Assembly: GCA_977017645.1 (NCBI GenBank) | Contig: OZ360223.1 | Coordinates: 28,024,001 to 28,088,000 of the forward strand | DNA: 64,000 bases | Origin: Torpedo marmorata | Lineage: Eukaryota | Reading direction: 5' to 3' | In this document: piece by piece, positions 24,138 to 36,900 of the stretch | How the letters are laid out: the number at the start of each line of letters is the position of its first letter | Numbering within the stretch: the first letter of the stretch is position 1 | The notes under the pieces: model-generated | Told to the model about the DNA's origin: nothing | What the model saw: only the letters and a program-made list of their open reading frames with translations | Database searches by the model: none | Position numbers and translations under genes: made by a program

Positions 24138-27100
24138 TGTGATGTTTCTTCTATTACAATAAAGAAACTTGGGTTCTTTTTAAACAACTACATTTATTAA
24201 CTAAAGCAAACAGCACTAAGAACAGAACACACACAGACAAGACCTCATGTGGAGGCATCCATCTTGATTCTACCCAAGATGCAACATCTGCCACACAACT
24301 CATCTCCAACTCCTCCTAGTTGTAGCACACTATCACTACATCCCCTTTCCTTGAGATGTTTAATCTAACATGACACACTAAAACAGTATTCTTTCAATTT
24401 AAAGTTCAACACAAACATAAACACAAACATCAGCAGCACAAACTTTGAAGTGTGCAGTTCTTTTTTTTAGAGATTTAGTCTGTCAGATGCTTTGATAACA
24501 CGTGTGGATCTTCTTAACGCAGGTGCTTGTGTCGGATCTGCTGGTCCACTACTGTCTGGCACTGGTGGTGTTTCCTCTGTTGCTGTGCAGGCTGAATCTT
24601 CTGCATCTGTCTGTTCCTGCAGGATCTCTTGCATTTTCAGAAGGCTCTTTCGATTCCTCCTCAGTATTTGACCATCACCTGTTCTGACAGTGTAGGATCT
24701 TGGATTTACTTCCTCCAGAACAGTAGCCTTTGTGTCCCAAGTGTTGGAATCTCTGAGTCTCACTGTGTCATGTTGTGCCAATGGCCCTAAGCTTCTTGCT
24801 GACTTGTCATAGTTTGCTTTTTGTCTCCATTGCAGACGCTTTTGTTTCCGTTCGACATCTTCGACATCTCTGTTCTTGTTTGCGTCTGCAGAGTAGGGAA
24901 GTGTGGTGCGTAGTCTACATCCCATCAGAAGTTCAGCGGTTGACATGCCATGTTCAAGTGGCGAAGCTCTGTAACTCAATAGAGCTAGATACGGGTCTGA
25001 GCCACTGTCTTGTGCTTTCTTGAGCAACTGTTTAACTATGTGAACTCCTTTCTCTGCTTTACCGTTTGACTGTGGATGCAGAGGACTTGAAGTCACATGT
25101 CGAAAATCATACTCTTCTGCAAAATTCTGGAATTCTCTACAGCTGTAGCATGGTCCATTGTCACTGTAGACAATTTGAGGAATTCCATGTCTTGCAAAGA
25201 TCGATTTCATATATTTGATCACACAAGCAGCAGACATGCTAGGAAGCAGCGCTATCTCCGGATAGTTCAATAGATAATCAATAACCAGCAAGTAATTATT
25301 TCCATACATGTAGAACAGATCAATCCCAACTTTCTGCCATGGTTCTGCTGGTAAGTCAGTTATTATCATGGGTTCCTTTGTCTGCTTTGCGTGATGTTTC
25401 AAACAGGTCTCTCAGCTGGAAACCATTCTGTCAAAATGTCAGCATTTATCCCTGGCCAATAAACAGCAGTTCTGGCTCTCCTCTTGCTCTTTTCCATTCC
25501 AAGGTGCCCCTCATGCACCCTTATCAGCATCTCTTGTCGCAGTGATTGAGGAATGATAATTCTGCTCTGCCTGAGTAGAAGCCCATTGACAACACTCAGC
25601 TCAGCTCTTGTAGTATAGCTGACATTCACCTCTAGTCAATCCTTCATTCAGATTCTTGATGACCTTCTGTAGAACTGTGTGCTTTTCTGTTTCAGCTGCG
25701 ATCTGCTTGGATTTTATGTCAGATTCTGGAAGAGATTCAGTGATCAGATTCACCTGGAGATTCATATCTGTCTCTGTGGAACTCTCATTGTGTGCTTCAC
25801 TCTGCGTTGTTGCCCTGGATAATGCATCAGCTAACACAATATGTTTCCCTGGTGTGTACACCAATTCAAAGTCATAACTTTGTAGCTTCATCATCAGTCT
25901 TTGGATTCTCAGTTACATTTCACTGAGATTTTTCTTGATTATCGCTATTAATGGCTTGTGGTCTGTCTCTGCCACGAATGTTGGTAGACCATACACATAA
26001 CTGTGAAATTTCTCGAGTCCATAGACCAGACCTAGACACTCTTTCTCGATCTGTGCATATCGACATTCGGATGTTGTCATCGTCCTTGATGCGTATGCTA
26101 CTGGCCTCCAATCTTTTTCCACAGCCTGAAGTAGTACTATTCCATCTTTTGAAGCATCCGTAAATATTTTCGTCCTTCTGGATGCGTCAAAGAACGTCAA
26201 AAGTACTGGTTCTGTAGTTAGAATGGTCTTTAGTCGTCCCCATTCTTCCTCGTGGTTGTCTGTCCACTTGAATTCACATTTGTCCTGTAACAACTTCCTT
26301 AGGTACATTGTTTTGGAAGACAGGTTTGGTATGAATTTACCAATGAAATTGATCATTCCCAGCATTCTCAATACGCCTTTTTTGTCAGTGGGTCTGGGCA
26401 TCTCTAAAATTGCGTTCACCTTGCTCTTGTCTGGCTCCACACCTGCCTCTGACAGTTTATCTCCCAGAAAGGTGATTTCCTTCACACCAAACTGACATTT
26501 TTCTCTGTTTAACTTTAATCCATACTTTTAGATGCGTTGTAGCACTTTAATGAGCCTCTCGTTGTGTTGTTCTTGTGTGGATCCCCATAGGATCATGCAA
26601 TCCATGTACACACGTACCCCATTTATGCCTTCTATGATGTGCTCCATTGTCCTGTGGAACACTTCCGGAGCTGAGGAAATTCCAAAAGGCACCCTCAGAC
26701 ATGAGTATCGGCTAAACGGTGTATTAAATGTACAGTATTTTGTAATATCTTCATGCAGTTTTATTTGCCAGAAGCCCTGGGATGCATCCAATTTAGTGAA
26801 AAACTTTGCACCGGCCATCTCACTTGTAATTTCATCCCTGGTTGGAATCTGGTAATGTTCCCTCTTTATATTGGCATTCAAGTCTTTTGGGTCCATGCAC
26901 ACGCGTAGGTCACCGTTCTTCTTTTTGACACACACCATTGAATTCACCCATTCTGTGGGCTCCTCCACTTTCTTTATGACCCCTAGTGCCACCATTCGGT
27001 CGAGTTCCTGCTTGAGCTATTCTTTTAGTGGCGCTGGAACCCGCCTCGGGGCATGCACTACTGGCTGTGCGTCCTCTTTTAACTGTATCTTATAGGTGAA

Positions 27101-28932
27101 CGGTAGAACTCCAAACCCCTTGAAGATGTCTGGAAATTGATCCAGTATTTCCTCTACGCTTTTCTGTGCATTGTCACTGTTAATGTGGTACACCCTCTTG
27201 ACTAGGCTTAAGTTTTCACATGCTTTGTCACCAAGCAGTGAATAATGTCCATCTGGGACTACTGTGAACCTGAGGTGGTGCTCTTTATCTTTAACTTTTA
27301 CCTTGAGTTTACATGTACCTTTCGTGTCGATGCTCTGTCCATTGTAGGCTTTGAGCTGTACAGGATTTGCATGGATATATGGCTTTATCTTCATTGCCCT
27401 GATGTCGCGCTCACAGATCAAATTGACCTTTGCCCCTGTGTCCAGCTTAAAAGGAATATTTGCTCCATTTGTATGCAATGACACAGTCCACTTATCCTGC
27501 TCAACACTGTTTACTTCCTGCACTACCATGCCCACGAAAAGTGTGTCACTGAGAGCAGTTTCTTCTGTAGTGTGTACACTTTTACTTCTGTTTTGTTCCT
27601 TTTGAAAAACATTGCTCTGCATAGTGATTCTACCCTTTGCACTTATTACAGACTTTCCCATTGTTTGGGAGCATGTTTAGTGCCACATCATTTACAATTG
27701 AATGTCTCTCTATCTTTTTTGTGATGTTTCCTATATCTCATATTTTGTTTGTATGTGTGTCCAGATACTGTGGCTACGACTATGCCTTCATTTTCACTGG
27801 CTTTTACACTACAGCACCAATAGCCTGAATACGACTGGGATTATCTGATCTCGGAAGCTAAGCAGGCACAGGACTGGTCAGTACTTGGAGGGGAGACCGC
27901 CTAGGAACACCAGGTGCTGTAGGTTTCTGTGAGGGGCGCTGGACAAAGTAGCGACCCTCTGTCTGACTTAAGGTAGACAAAAATTAAAGAATTTCATGTA
28001 TGTTACATTCTAAATGTTGTATTACGTGACAATAATGGAACCTTTACCTTTACCTTTACCTTTATCACCAAACTTTTTCGCATGCTGCAGAGCTCATTCA
28101 CTGGCGTGGCATATCTTCACAGCTCCAGCTAAGGTAAGCTCTGTCTCTCGCAGCAACCTCTCTCTCACTTTCTTATCATTAATTCCGAACACAATTTTAT
28201 CACGGATCATTGAATATTGCAGTGGTCGAAAATTGCATGTTCTTGCTTTTAATTTTAAGTCTGTTAAAAAATATTAAAGCTCTCTCCCTGCAGCTGCATG
28301 CGCGAGCAAAACACGTACTTCTCGAAGGTTTAATTTTTCTTTGGTGAACAGTGTTCATCAAACATCTCGATAACCTTGTCGAATTTGCTCTGGTCTTCTG
28401 CCTCAACAAAAATAAATGTGTTGAAAACCTCTAGAGCTTTAGGTCCCGCCACGGTAAGTAGCATTGCAATCTTCCGTGTATCCGGTTTGCTATCGATTCC
28501 AATGGCTTGCAGGTACAGCATGAATCTTTGTTTAAACAACCTCCACTCGTGGTCGACATTTCCAGTCCATTTTACAGCATCAGGAGCTTTTAAACTCTCC
28601 ATATTTCCTCTGCTGATATCGATTGTTACTCACTATGCACACTCCTGGTGTTTATTCCACTCCTGTGCACACTACTGGTGTTTCTTCCACTCCTGGCTGT
28701 TTCTTCCACTCCTGGTACCATGTGATGTTTCTTCTATTACAATAAAGAAACTTGGGTTCTTTTTGAACAACTACATTTATTAACTAATGCAAACAGCACT
28801 AAGAACAGAACACACACAGACAAGTCCTCATCCATCTTGATTCTACCCAAGATGCAACACGATTCCCAAGATGCAACAGCTGCCACACAACTCATCTCTG
28901 ACTCCTCCTAGTGGTAGCACACTATCACTACA
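24138..28932 (-). mobile_element. Full-length degenerate Gypsy LTR retrotransposon (Mag/K02A2.6-like)
   Basis: LTRs 24138-24340 and 28721-28932, 5-bp TSD AACAT, PPT 24341-24351, PBS TGGTACCAGGAGTGG (tRNA-Leu UAA type) 28706-28720; gag from 28602, protease LDTGAKVN, RT, RNase H, integrase ending 24467; several frameshifts and stops. Confidence 0.95.
27808..28064 (+). mobile_element. 5S rRNA-derived SINE (SINE3-type) inserted in Gypsy gag
   Basis: 27808-27926 aligns to 5S rRNA (TCTGATCTCGGAAGCTAAGCAGG..AGTACTTGGAGGGGAGACCGCC..GGTGCTGTAGGTTT), followed by a unique body, GTGACAATAA and an (ACCTTT)n tail. Confidence 0.9.
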
Positions 28933-29694
28933 AACATGTCACAAAATTTGTTGTTTTGTGGCAGCGTCACAGTGCAAACATTTCTATAAACCATATTTCA
29001 AAATTCATAATATAGTGCAAGAAAAAGAAAAACATAAAGTAAGGTAGTCTTTGGTTCATTGTTCATTCAGGAATCTGATGGCAGCGGGGAAGAAGCTATC
29101 CTTGTGCCGCTGAGTGCTCGTCTTCAGGCTCCTGTACCTTTTTCCCGATGGTAGCAGAGTGAAGAGGGCATGGCCTGGGTGGTGGGGGTCCTTGAGGATG
29201 AAGGCTGCTTTCTTAAGACACTCCCTCTTGTAGATGTCCTCGATGGAGTGAAGACTGGTGCCCAAGATGTCACAGGACAACCCTCTGGAATTTTTTCCTG
29301 TCCTGAGTGTTGGCACCTCCATACCAGACAGTGATGCAAACAGCCAGAATGCTCTCCTCGGTACACCTGTAGAAGTTTTCGAGAGTCTTTGGTGACATAC
29401 CGAATCTCCTCAAACTCCTCACAAAGTATAGCCGTTGGAGAGCTTTCTTTGTGATTGCATCAACATGGGGGCTCCAGGACAGATCCTCGGAGATGTTGAC
29501 ACCCAAATAAAATCATGAATTTTCAAGTTTACTTTAAGCTCCCTTGACAACTGTTTATATGATTGGAGTTGTTCATTTACAAGTACACCATTGAATATTC
29601 CAACTTCTGTATATAGCTGACTAAATTTTAACACATTACTGGAGTATTTTCTGAATTTGGTCTTGTATTTTAAGAATGTCTTCCTTCTTCTTAG

Positions 29695-29859
29695 ATATGT
29701 ACTCTTTGGAGTGTTTCTCTGATGGACCCACCGACATAATTCCAAAAAGCTGTCAACTGGGAATTGATGTTGATCAGGTTACACAGCTTCTGAATGCAGT
29801 AAAACTTAGAAAAGGAGAACTAAGGATTGGAAGCCAACAACGCACTTCCACAGACTTGG
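29695..29859 (+). CDS. CFAP20DC: CFAP20DC internal coding exon, 165 bp
   Basis: ttccttcttcttag acceptor, G|gtatga donor; phase-1 join gives DMYSLECFSDGPTDIIPKSCQLGIDVDQVTQLLNAVKLRKGELRIG (cf. recalled human DEPTDIIPRSCQL..VTQLLN..KLR). Confidence 0.9.
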
Positions 29860-30251
29860 GTATGATTGTAAGATTTGTTCTGATAAATTTAATTGAGTTT
29901 TACTGTCATTTGTTGTCTTTCATAAGTCAGTTTAATTTGATATAAAACAATTTGGCTGGGCCAACTACTAATTGTGTAGTTTATAATCCATATATTGTGG
30001 TATATTGTAGAATCAAGTATCACTCCATATCAAAACTAAAGGCACATTTACAAATAAATATTAGAGGCTATGAAGATAGTTGAACCTAGGTGAGTTGAAT
30101 GGAAAGGGCAGTGAAAAATAGAATGTAAAGATAGTAAAAAGATAAGGATTGGGATTGTGGATGTCTCTTAGGGACAAGATATTGGTAATAGGATGGAAAA
30201 AGGGAATGGGTGAGAGAAGTAGAAGAACAGGAAGCAAACGAGGGACAGAGA

Positions 30252-30480
30252 TGGCACAAGGCTATTGCAGCGCCAGCGACCTGGGTTCGAATCCGCCGCT
30301 GTCTGTAAGCAGTTTGTACCTTCTCCCTGTGACTGCGTATGTTTCTTCTGGGGGTTTCTGTTTCCTCCCATGTTCTAAAGATATATGGGTTAGGTTATTG
30401 GTCATTTGAGTGTAATTGGGCGGTGCGGGCTCGTGGGCTGAAAGTTACCATGCTGTAACTCAAAATTAAACTTAAATTAA
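30252..30480 (+). mobile_element. tRNA-derived V-SINE (HE1-like)
   Basis: B-box GGTTCGAATCC, V-domain-like AGTTTGTACCTTCTCCCTGTGACTGCG..TTTCCTCCCA, AT-rich tail. Confidence 0.8.
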
Positions 30481-30723
30481 GAATTGGTGTGGTGGAAAGT
30501 AGGGAGAAGAATGGCAGAGGAACGCAATGGAAAGGAAAGTGAGGAGGTGCAAGGACATGGAAACGAGATGATAGGGACAGGAGGTTGGAGGAGGGGTGGT
30601 AAATAAGGGAGGGGGGAGAGTAGCAGTTGAAATAGAGAGGCAAAAGTGGAGAAGGGGAGAGAAGTAGTTTTGAAGTTGTGGCAAGGTGAACTGAAGCCGG
30701 TGGGAACTTTAAGAAGGTTAAAA

Positions 30724-31400
30724 AGATTCAAGATCCCTTTATTGTCATGTGCACAAAATGAACAAAATTTGTTTTCCTTTGTGACCATGCAAAAGGGGCG
30801 CCACTAGTCCAGCGCTTCAAGACTAGAAAGAGAAAGCAAATGAAAGTCCCTTCAGAGATATCAAGTGTCTGTGGATCCTGCCACCTCCTGTGCCCCTGTA
30901 ACCTCTGTAGCCGCGCGGTCTCCTGTCAGGTCCAGCAATGAATCAGAGCTCAAGGCATGCAAGTCACCCTCGGTCCTTGATTCCGAACACTGGAAGCGAT
31001 TGGGAAGTTGTCAGTACCCAAGGCCCTTCCATCAGCGCCCTCATAAATACCTGGCTCCCAGAAGCCAGTCTACAGCAGCTCATGGCCCGGTGTAAGGTCT
31101 TTGGCCATTAAGCTCCACGCCGGTCCACTGCTGTGGTCTCCCATCATTTAGGGTCCTCGCCCAGGCTTCTCCTTACAATTGGCGTATTCTCCCACTCTGG
31201 TGCTTTCAGGAGCCTGTGATCTTGAAGGTCTGGGCTGCCTTGGATGACGGATTCCTTGAATCTTTGATGTAAAAATAGATTGCCGCCAGGCCCGTTCTAC
31301 AGGCAGTTTAAACCCGAACGGGACCGTTGGAGGGACATCCAAGAAGTTGGAAGTCTGCGTCACCATTCCTCCGTTCCTCCCATGTCTGCAGCAGCATTGC
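30724..31400 (-). mobile_element. Non-coding SINE-like retroposon with (GAATCTT) tail
   Basis: Minus-strand 3' end TGACAATAAAGGGATCTTGAATCTT; body similar to 56637-57038 and 18370-19010. Confidence 0.65.
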
Positions 31401-33996
31401 CAACAAAATGAAGGAGAGGTAACAGAAAAGTGCAAATAGGGACAGGAAGTTAGAATAGGGCTGGTAAGTGAGAGGAAGAAATGGGGAATAAATGAGAGAG
31501 GAGGGAAGGAGAGATAAATGAAACCCACAGCAGAAATATAGTCCATATCATTTTTACATCAATGAATACTGAAGGAGAAATGACTCCCGACAACCGAGAT
31601 ACAAACTGGAATTCCATCCATGGCTAGTTGAACTGTAGCTTATTGCTGCCAATCTGACCTGATCTTCACTGTTGCTGCCTGATGAGGCAATCTACTGTCT
31701 GCAAATAAACTCAAGAGATCTGTCACATTATGGATTTCACATCAGACTATCATACATGTATATGAAAGTGACATAAAAGAGAACATCTTTGAATCTGAAA
31801 AGGTACTTAATCTCATTAACGATGAGGACCTTAAAAATCACGTTACATCAGCAAAGCACTTGCTTTTGCAACCATGTGGCCTATATGCAATTATGAAAGC
31901 CTGATCCAGGGAAAATAATGAACTCCATACCCCATGAAGATTTCAATGTACAATGTAAGGATTTCATCACTGGTTTAAAAATGCCAGAGAAGATAATTTT
32001 CAAGTGACGGGCAATATGTTATGTACCAAGGTTAAATGGATTTGACAGTCATTACCTGGAGCTGAAGATATTTTTGGATTAGATAACACCAACATTAAGA
32101 AAATCATGAATAAGATGTACTGATCTACAAAACATGATAATAAATGCTCCAATATAATTTTTCTACTGATCTTGAAGGATTCATTATCATGAAATTCAAC
32201 TGTTTTTAGTGTGTTGAAGGTCATCATCTTGTTAATACATATGCCACGTTATCTTGTTCAATGTCTTCATAATTTAAAGGTCCATTACCTTTTTAGGTAA
32301 ATGGTTTTCCATTATTGCTTACTTATTTATTGAGCAACTAAATCACGCCCTTGTCAGTTGTCTGTTGGCTCCAGTGCTCTGCAGTCTGCCATCCAAATTC
32401 ATAATCTTTCAACAAAATTACATTTCTGATGATTTTACATTCTATAAACAATGTATTATACATTTTGCAGCAAAATATTTAACATGCCATTTTATTCGAT
32501 TTGATTATACAGGGTTTTATCTGACAATTTGCAGCAGCACATCTTGATGAGAATAATTAGAAAGGAGGCAAGTGGGGGAAGGGGGACAGGCAGGCAGTGC
32601 AAGATACCCCTGTGGCCATTCCGCTCCGCAACAAGTATACCCCTTTGGATGCTGTTGGGACGATGTCATATCTGGGCCAGGCAGCAGCGCCAGATTAATA
32701 GCACCGTGGTCAGCTCTGAGCCTCAGAAAGGAAGGGTGAAGTCAGGTAGAGCGATAGTCATAGAAAGGGGAACAGACAGGAGATCCTGTGACCGCAAAAG
32801 AGACTAGGATAGTGTGTTGCCTCCCGGGTGCTCGAGTCCAGGATGTCGCTGAGCGGGTGCAGAATATTCTTAAGGGTTAGGGTCGTGGTACATATTGGTA
32901 CCAATGTCATAGGCAGGAGTGGGGTAGAGGTCCTGCAAAGTAAATTTAGGGAGTTAGGAAAGAGGCTGAAGCTAGGATCTCCAAGGTGGTAATCTCTGGA
33001 TTACTCCCGGTGTCATGCGCTGGGGAAGGTTAGAACAGGAAGATAGTGCAGACAAATGTGTGACTGAAGAGATTGTGCAGGGGGCAGGGTTTCAAGTTCT
33101 TGGATCATTGGAACCTTTTCTGGGGAATGGGTGACCTGTATGTCCTGTATAAGCAGGACGGGTTGCACCTGAACTCGAGGGTAACCAATATCCTGGCGGA
33201 GAGGTTTGCTAATGCTGTTTGGGGTGGGGGGGGTGGGTTTGAACTAGATTCACAGGGGTGATGGGAACCAAAGTAAAGAGGCAGAGGAAGAGGCGGATGG
33301 CACACAAGTAGGGACAGCTGGTAGGGAGTTTGTGTGGAAGGACAGGCAGATGGGGCAAAATTGTAGCCATTGGGAAGAGTTGCAATGCAACAGGGACACA
33401 GAGTCAAATGTAACAAATAAAGGACTAAAGGTTTTGTATTTAAATGAATGCAGCATAAGGAACAAAGTGGAAGACCTTGTAGTACAACTACAGATTGGCA
33501 ACTATCATGTTGTGGCCATCACGGAGTCATGGCTAAAGGATGGATGTCATTGGGAGCTTAATGTCCAGGGATACACAGTTTATCGAAAGGATAGGCAGGA
33601 TAGCAGAGAGGGTGGCGTGGCTCTGTTGGTAAGGAACAACATTAAATCATTAGAAAGAGGTGACATAGGATCAGAAGATATAGAATCATTGTGGGTTGAG
33701 TTAAGAAATGGCAAGGGTAAAAATCCACTGTTGGCTGTTATATACAGACCTCCATGCAGTAGCTGGGACGTGGACAACAAATTGCAACAGCAGGTAGAAA
33801 AGTGGTGTCAGAAGAGAAATGTTATGGTAGTCTTGGGGGATTTTAACATACAAGTAGATTCGGAAAACCAGGTTGGGACTGGATCTCAAGAGAGAGATTT
33901 TGTAGAAAGCCTACGAGATGGCTTTTTAGAGCAGCTTGTTGATGAGCTCACGAGGGAATCAGCTGTACTCGATTGATTGTGTACTGCACCAGCGGT

Positions 33997-36900
33997 TGTG
34001 GTAAACCACTGTTTATGTATTTGTGGTGTATAGGTGTATTACAGGCTGTCCCGATGTCTACTCCCTCCCCTCCCTTGGGTGTCCAGGTAATCCCTCCCCT
34101 TTCCTCACCTGAATAAAGGCCACTGTATCTCGGCCACCCCTCCAGTCCGGGTCAGATCTACTAGGAAGCACTGCTTCGTTCTTAGATAATAAAAGCCTAT
34201 GATTCACTCGCTCTCACAGTCTTTGAGTGGTTATTGATAGGCCTATCAATTTTATTATCTAAGTTACATCTGATGGAAGGAGCACTAAGACCGGACCGCC
34301 TCGACATCGATCACCTAGCTCCTGATGCCTGTAACTCCTTCGAACACTGGCTGCGATGTTTAGAATCCTTCATGATCACCGTCCAAGCCGTAAGTGAGGA
34401 ACAACAGCTGAGAGTCCTCATCTCCAGGGTGAGCTCACGGGTCTTCACAACGGTGAGAGACTGTTGTACCTACTCTGAGGCTATGGATGCCTTGAAAAGA
34501 ATCTACTTGTCGCCGGTCAACGCGGTCTACGCGCGATACCGACTCTACTCACGAATGCAGCGAGCCGGGGAATAGACGGTGGAATACGTCAGGGACATAC
34601 AGTCGCTAGCACGAGCGTGTGACTGTAAAGCCCTGACTGCTGAGGAACATTTGCGAGTGGTGGAGAGAGATGCGTTCATCATGGGGCTCAGGTCGGTATA
34701 TGTGCGCCAGAGACTGTTAGAGCACGCCGACCTGGACTTTCGTGGGGCGGTAGAGATGGTCCACACGCTGGAGACCGCGCAGCGGAACTCCGACGCCATG
34801 CAGGTACGCGACCCCCAACCCGCAGCGTGGTCAGCCCCATCTCCCAGCCCTGCAAACGAACTGACCGCCGCCGCCGCCATCCGTGCTGATCCGATCGCTA
34901 CCGCGATCCTCACCGCCGCTGCCGCCAGCCGCGAGCCCGAGAAGTGTTACTTCTGCGGGCTTGATAAGCACCCGCGGAAACGCTGCCCGGCCCGCGACGC
35001 GACTTGTTCCGGCTGCGGCAAGAAAGGCCATTACGTGAAGGCCTGCCGCTCCAAGTCGCGCCCGGGTCTGAGCAGCGCCGCGTGCGAGCTGCGGGGGCAG
35101 CCATCTTACCTGCGGCAGCTTCCGGAATCGACCTCGTGCGAGGGATGGAGGCGGCCATCTTTGATGCTGGCACTTCCGGCGCCACCCGCGTCAGTACTTC
35201 CGGCCCTACTACCGCCGCCATCTTACAGCGGGAGCAGCAGCGACACGTGCGACCCACGGGAGCGGCCATCTTTAACAACAGGAGAGGAGCAAGACGACTA
35301 TATTTCAACTCTTGCCTCAGTCACCCTGGACCAGAGTGTCCCTCACCAGCTATCGAGATCCATGATGGACATTCTGGTGGAGGGACACAAAACCACCTGT
35401 CTCTTCGATACGGGCAGTACGGAGAGCTTCATCCACCCGGACACTGTCCAGCGCTGTGGCCTCACTACCATACCGGTAAGCCAGAGGGTGGCCATGGCGT
35501 CTGGGACACACACAACAGACATCCGGGGGGCTTGTGTGGCAAATATTGTTGTACAGGGGACTGAGTATAGACAATTTTCTTTATTTATTATGAATCGGTT
35601 GTGTGCACCCGTGTTGTTAGGACTCGATTTTCAGAGCCACTTACGCAGTGTTACGATGCGTTATGACGGTCCCCACCCTGCGATCACTGTAGTCAACCAC
35701 CAGTTCCTGAATAATACGCCCCAGACTACCTGTGGCCTCTCCACTCTTAAGATCTCGCCACCGTCGCTATTCGCCAACCTGACCCCTGACTGTAAGCCTG
35801 TTGCAACCAAGAGCAGGTGATACAGTGCGGGGGACAGGGCGTTTATCAAGACGGAGGTACAGAGATTGTTACAGGAGGGGATTATTGAGAGGAGTAATAG
35901 TCCCTGGAGGGCCCAGGTGGTCGTGGTAAAAGGGGCCAAGAGTAGGATGGTGGTGGACTACAGTCAGACGATTAACCGGTTCACACAGTTGGACGCATAT
36001 CCGCTACCACGAATAGCGGATATGGTTAATCAGATCGCCCAGTACAGGGTCTTTTCCACTATTGACCTGAAATCCGCGTATCATCAGCTCCCTATCCGAC
36101 GGGAGGACCGACAGTACACTGCGTTCGAGGCAGATGGGAGACTGTTCCACTTTCTGCGGGTTCCGTTCGGGGTTACTAATGGTGTTTCTGTGTTTCAGCG
36201 GGAGATGGATAAGATTGTAGACCTCTATAACCTTAAGGCCACCTTCCCGTACCTGGACGATATCACCATCTGTGGGCTGGATCGTCAGGATCACGACACC
36301 AATCTCCGGAAGTTCCTGCAGGCGGCAAAAGCACTAAACCTGACATACAATAAAGAAAAATGTGTGTTTGGTACCACGCGCCTCGCTATTTTGGGGTATG
36401 TGGTAGAGAACGGGGTGATTGGGCCTGACCCCGACCGCATGCGGCCCCTACTGGAACTTCCACTACCCCCTACCCCCAAAGCACTCAAGCGATGCCTCGG
36501 GTTCTTTTCATATTATGCACAATGGGTACCAAATTATGCAGATAAGGCCCGACCCCTGGTGAAATCCACCGCATTCCCCCTTGACTCGGAGGCACGTAAG
36601 GCTTTTGACCTTATAAAAGGGGACATTGCGCGAGCAACAATGCACGCGGTGGATGAGGAGATCCCTTTCCAAGTAGAGAGCGACGCATCGGACTTCGCGC
36701 TGGCTGCTACCCTCAACCAGGCGGGAAGGCCAGTGGCGTTTTTCTCGCGCACCCTTCAAGGCCCCGAAATTCGGCACTCCGCGGTAGAGAAAGAAGCCCA
36801 GGCCATCGTGGAAGCAATCAGGCACTGGAGGCACTATCTCGCCGGCAAGCATTTTACCCTGCTGACCGACCAACGCTCGGTAGCATTTATGTTCAACAAC

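Larger units (their letters stand above)
24110..29505 (-). mobile_element. Rex1/Babar LINE 3' fragment, split in its tail by the Gypsy element at 24138-28932
   Basis: [25 protein letters not shown] at 29056-29505; tail pieces at 28938-28980 and 24110-24137. Confidence 0.85.

Noticed and set aside
27808-27926. Functional 5S rRNA gene
   Set aside because: Diverged 5' third, no oligo-T terminator, fused to a retroposon tail and inserted in a Gypsy gag.
35818-35820. Programmed stop-codon readthrough in gag-pol
   Set aside because: The stop lies between protease and RT in a KSR(R)YS motif; CGA>TGA CpG decay is the simpler explanation.
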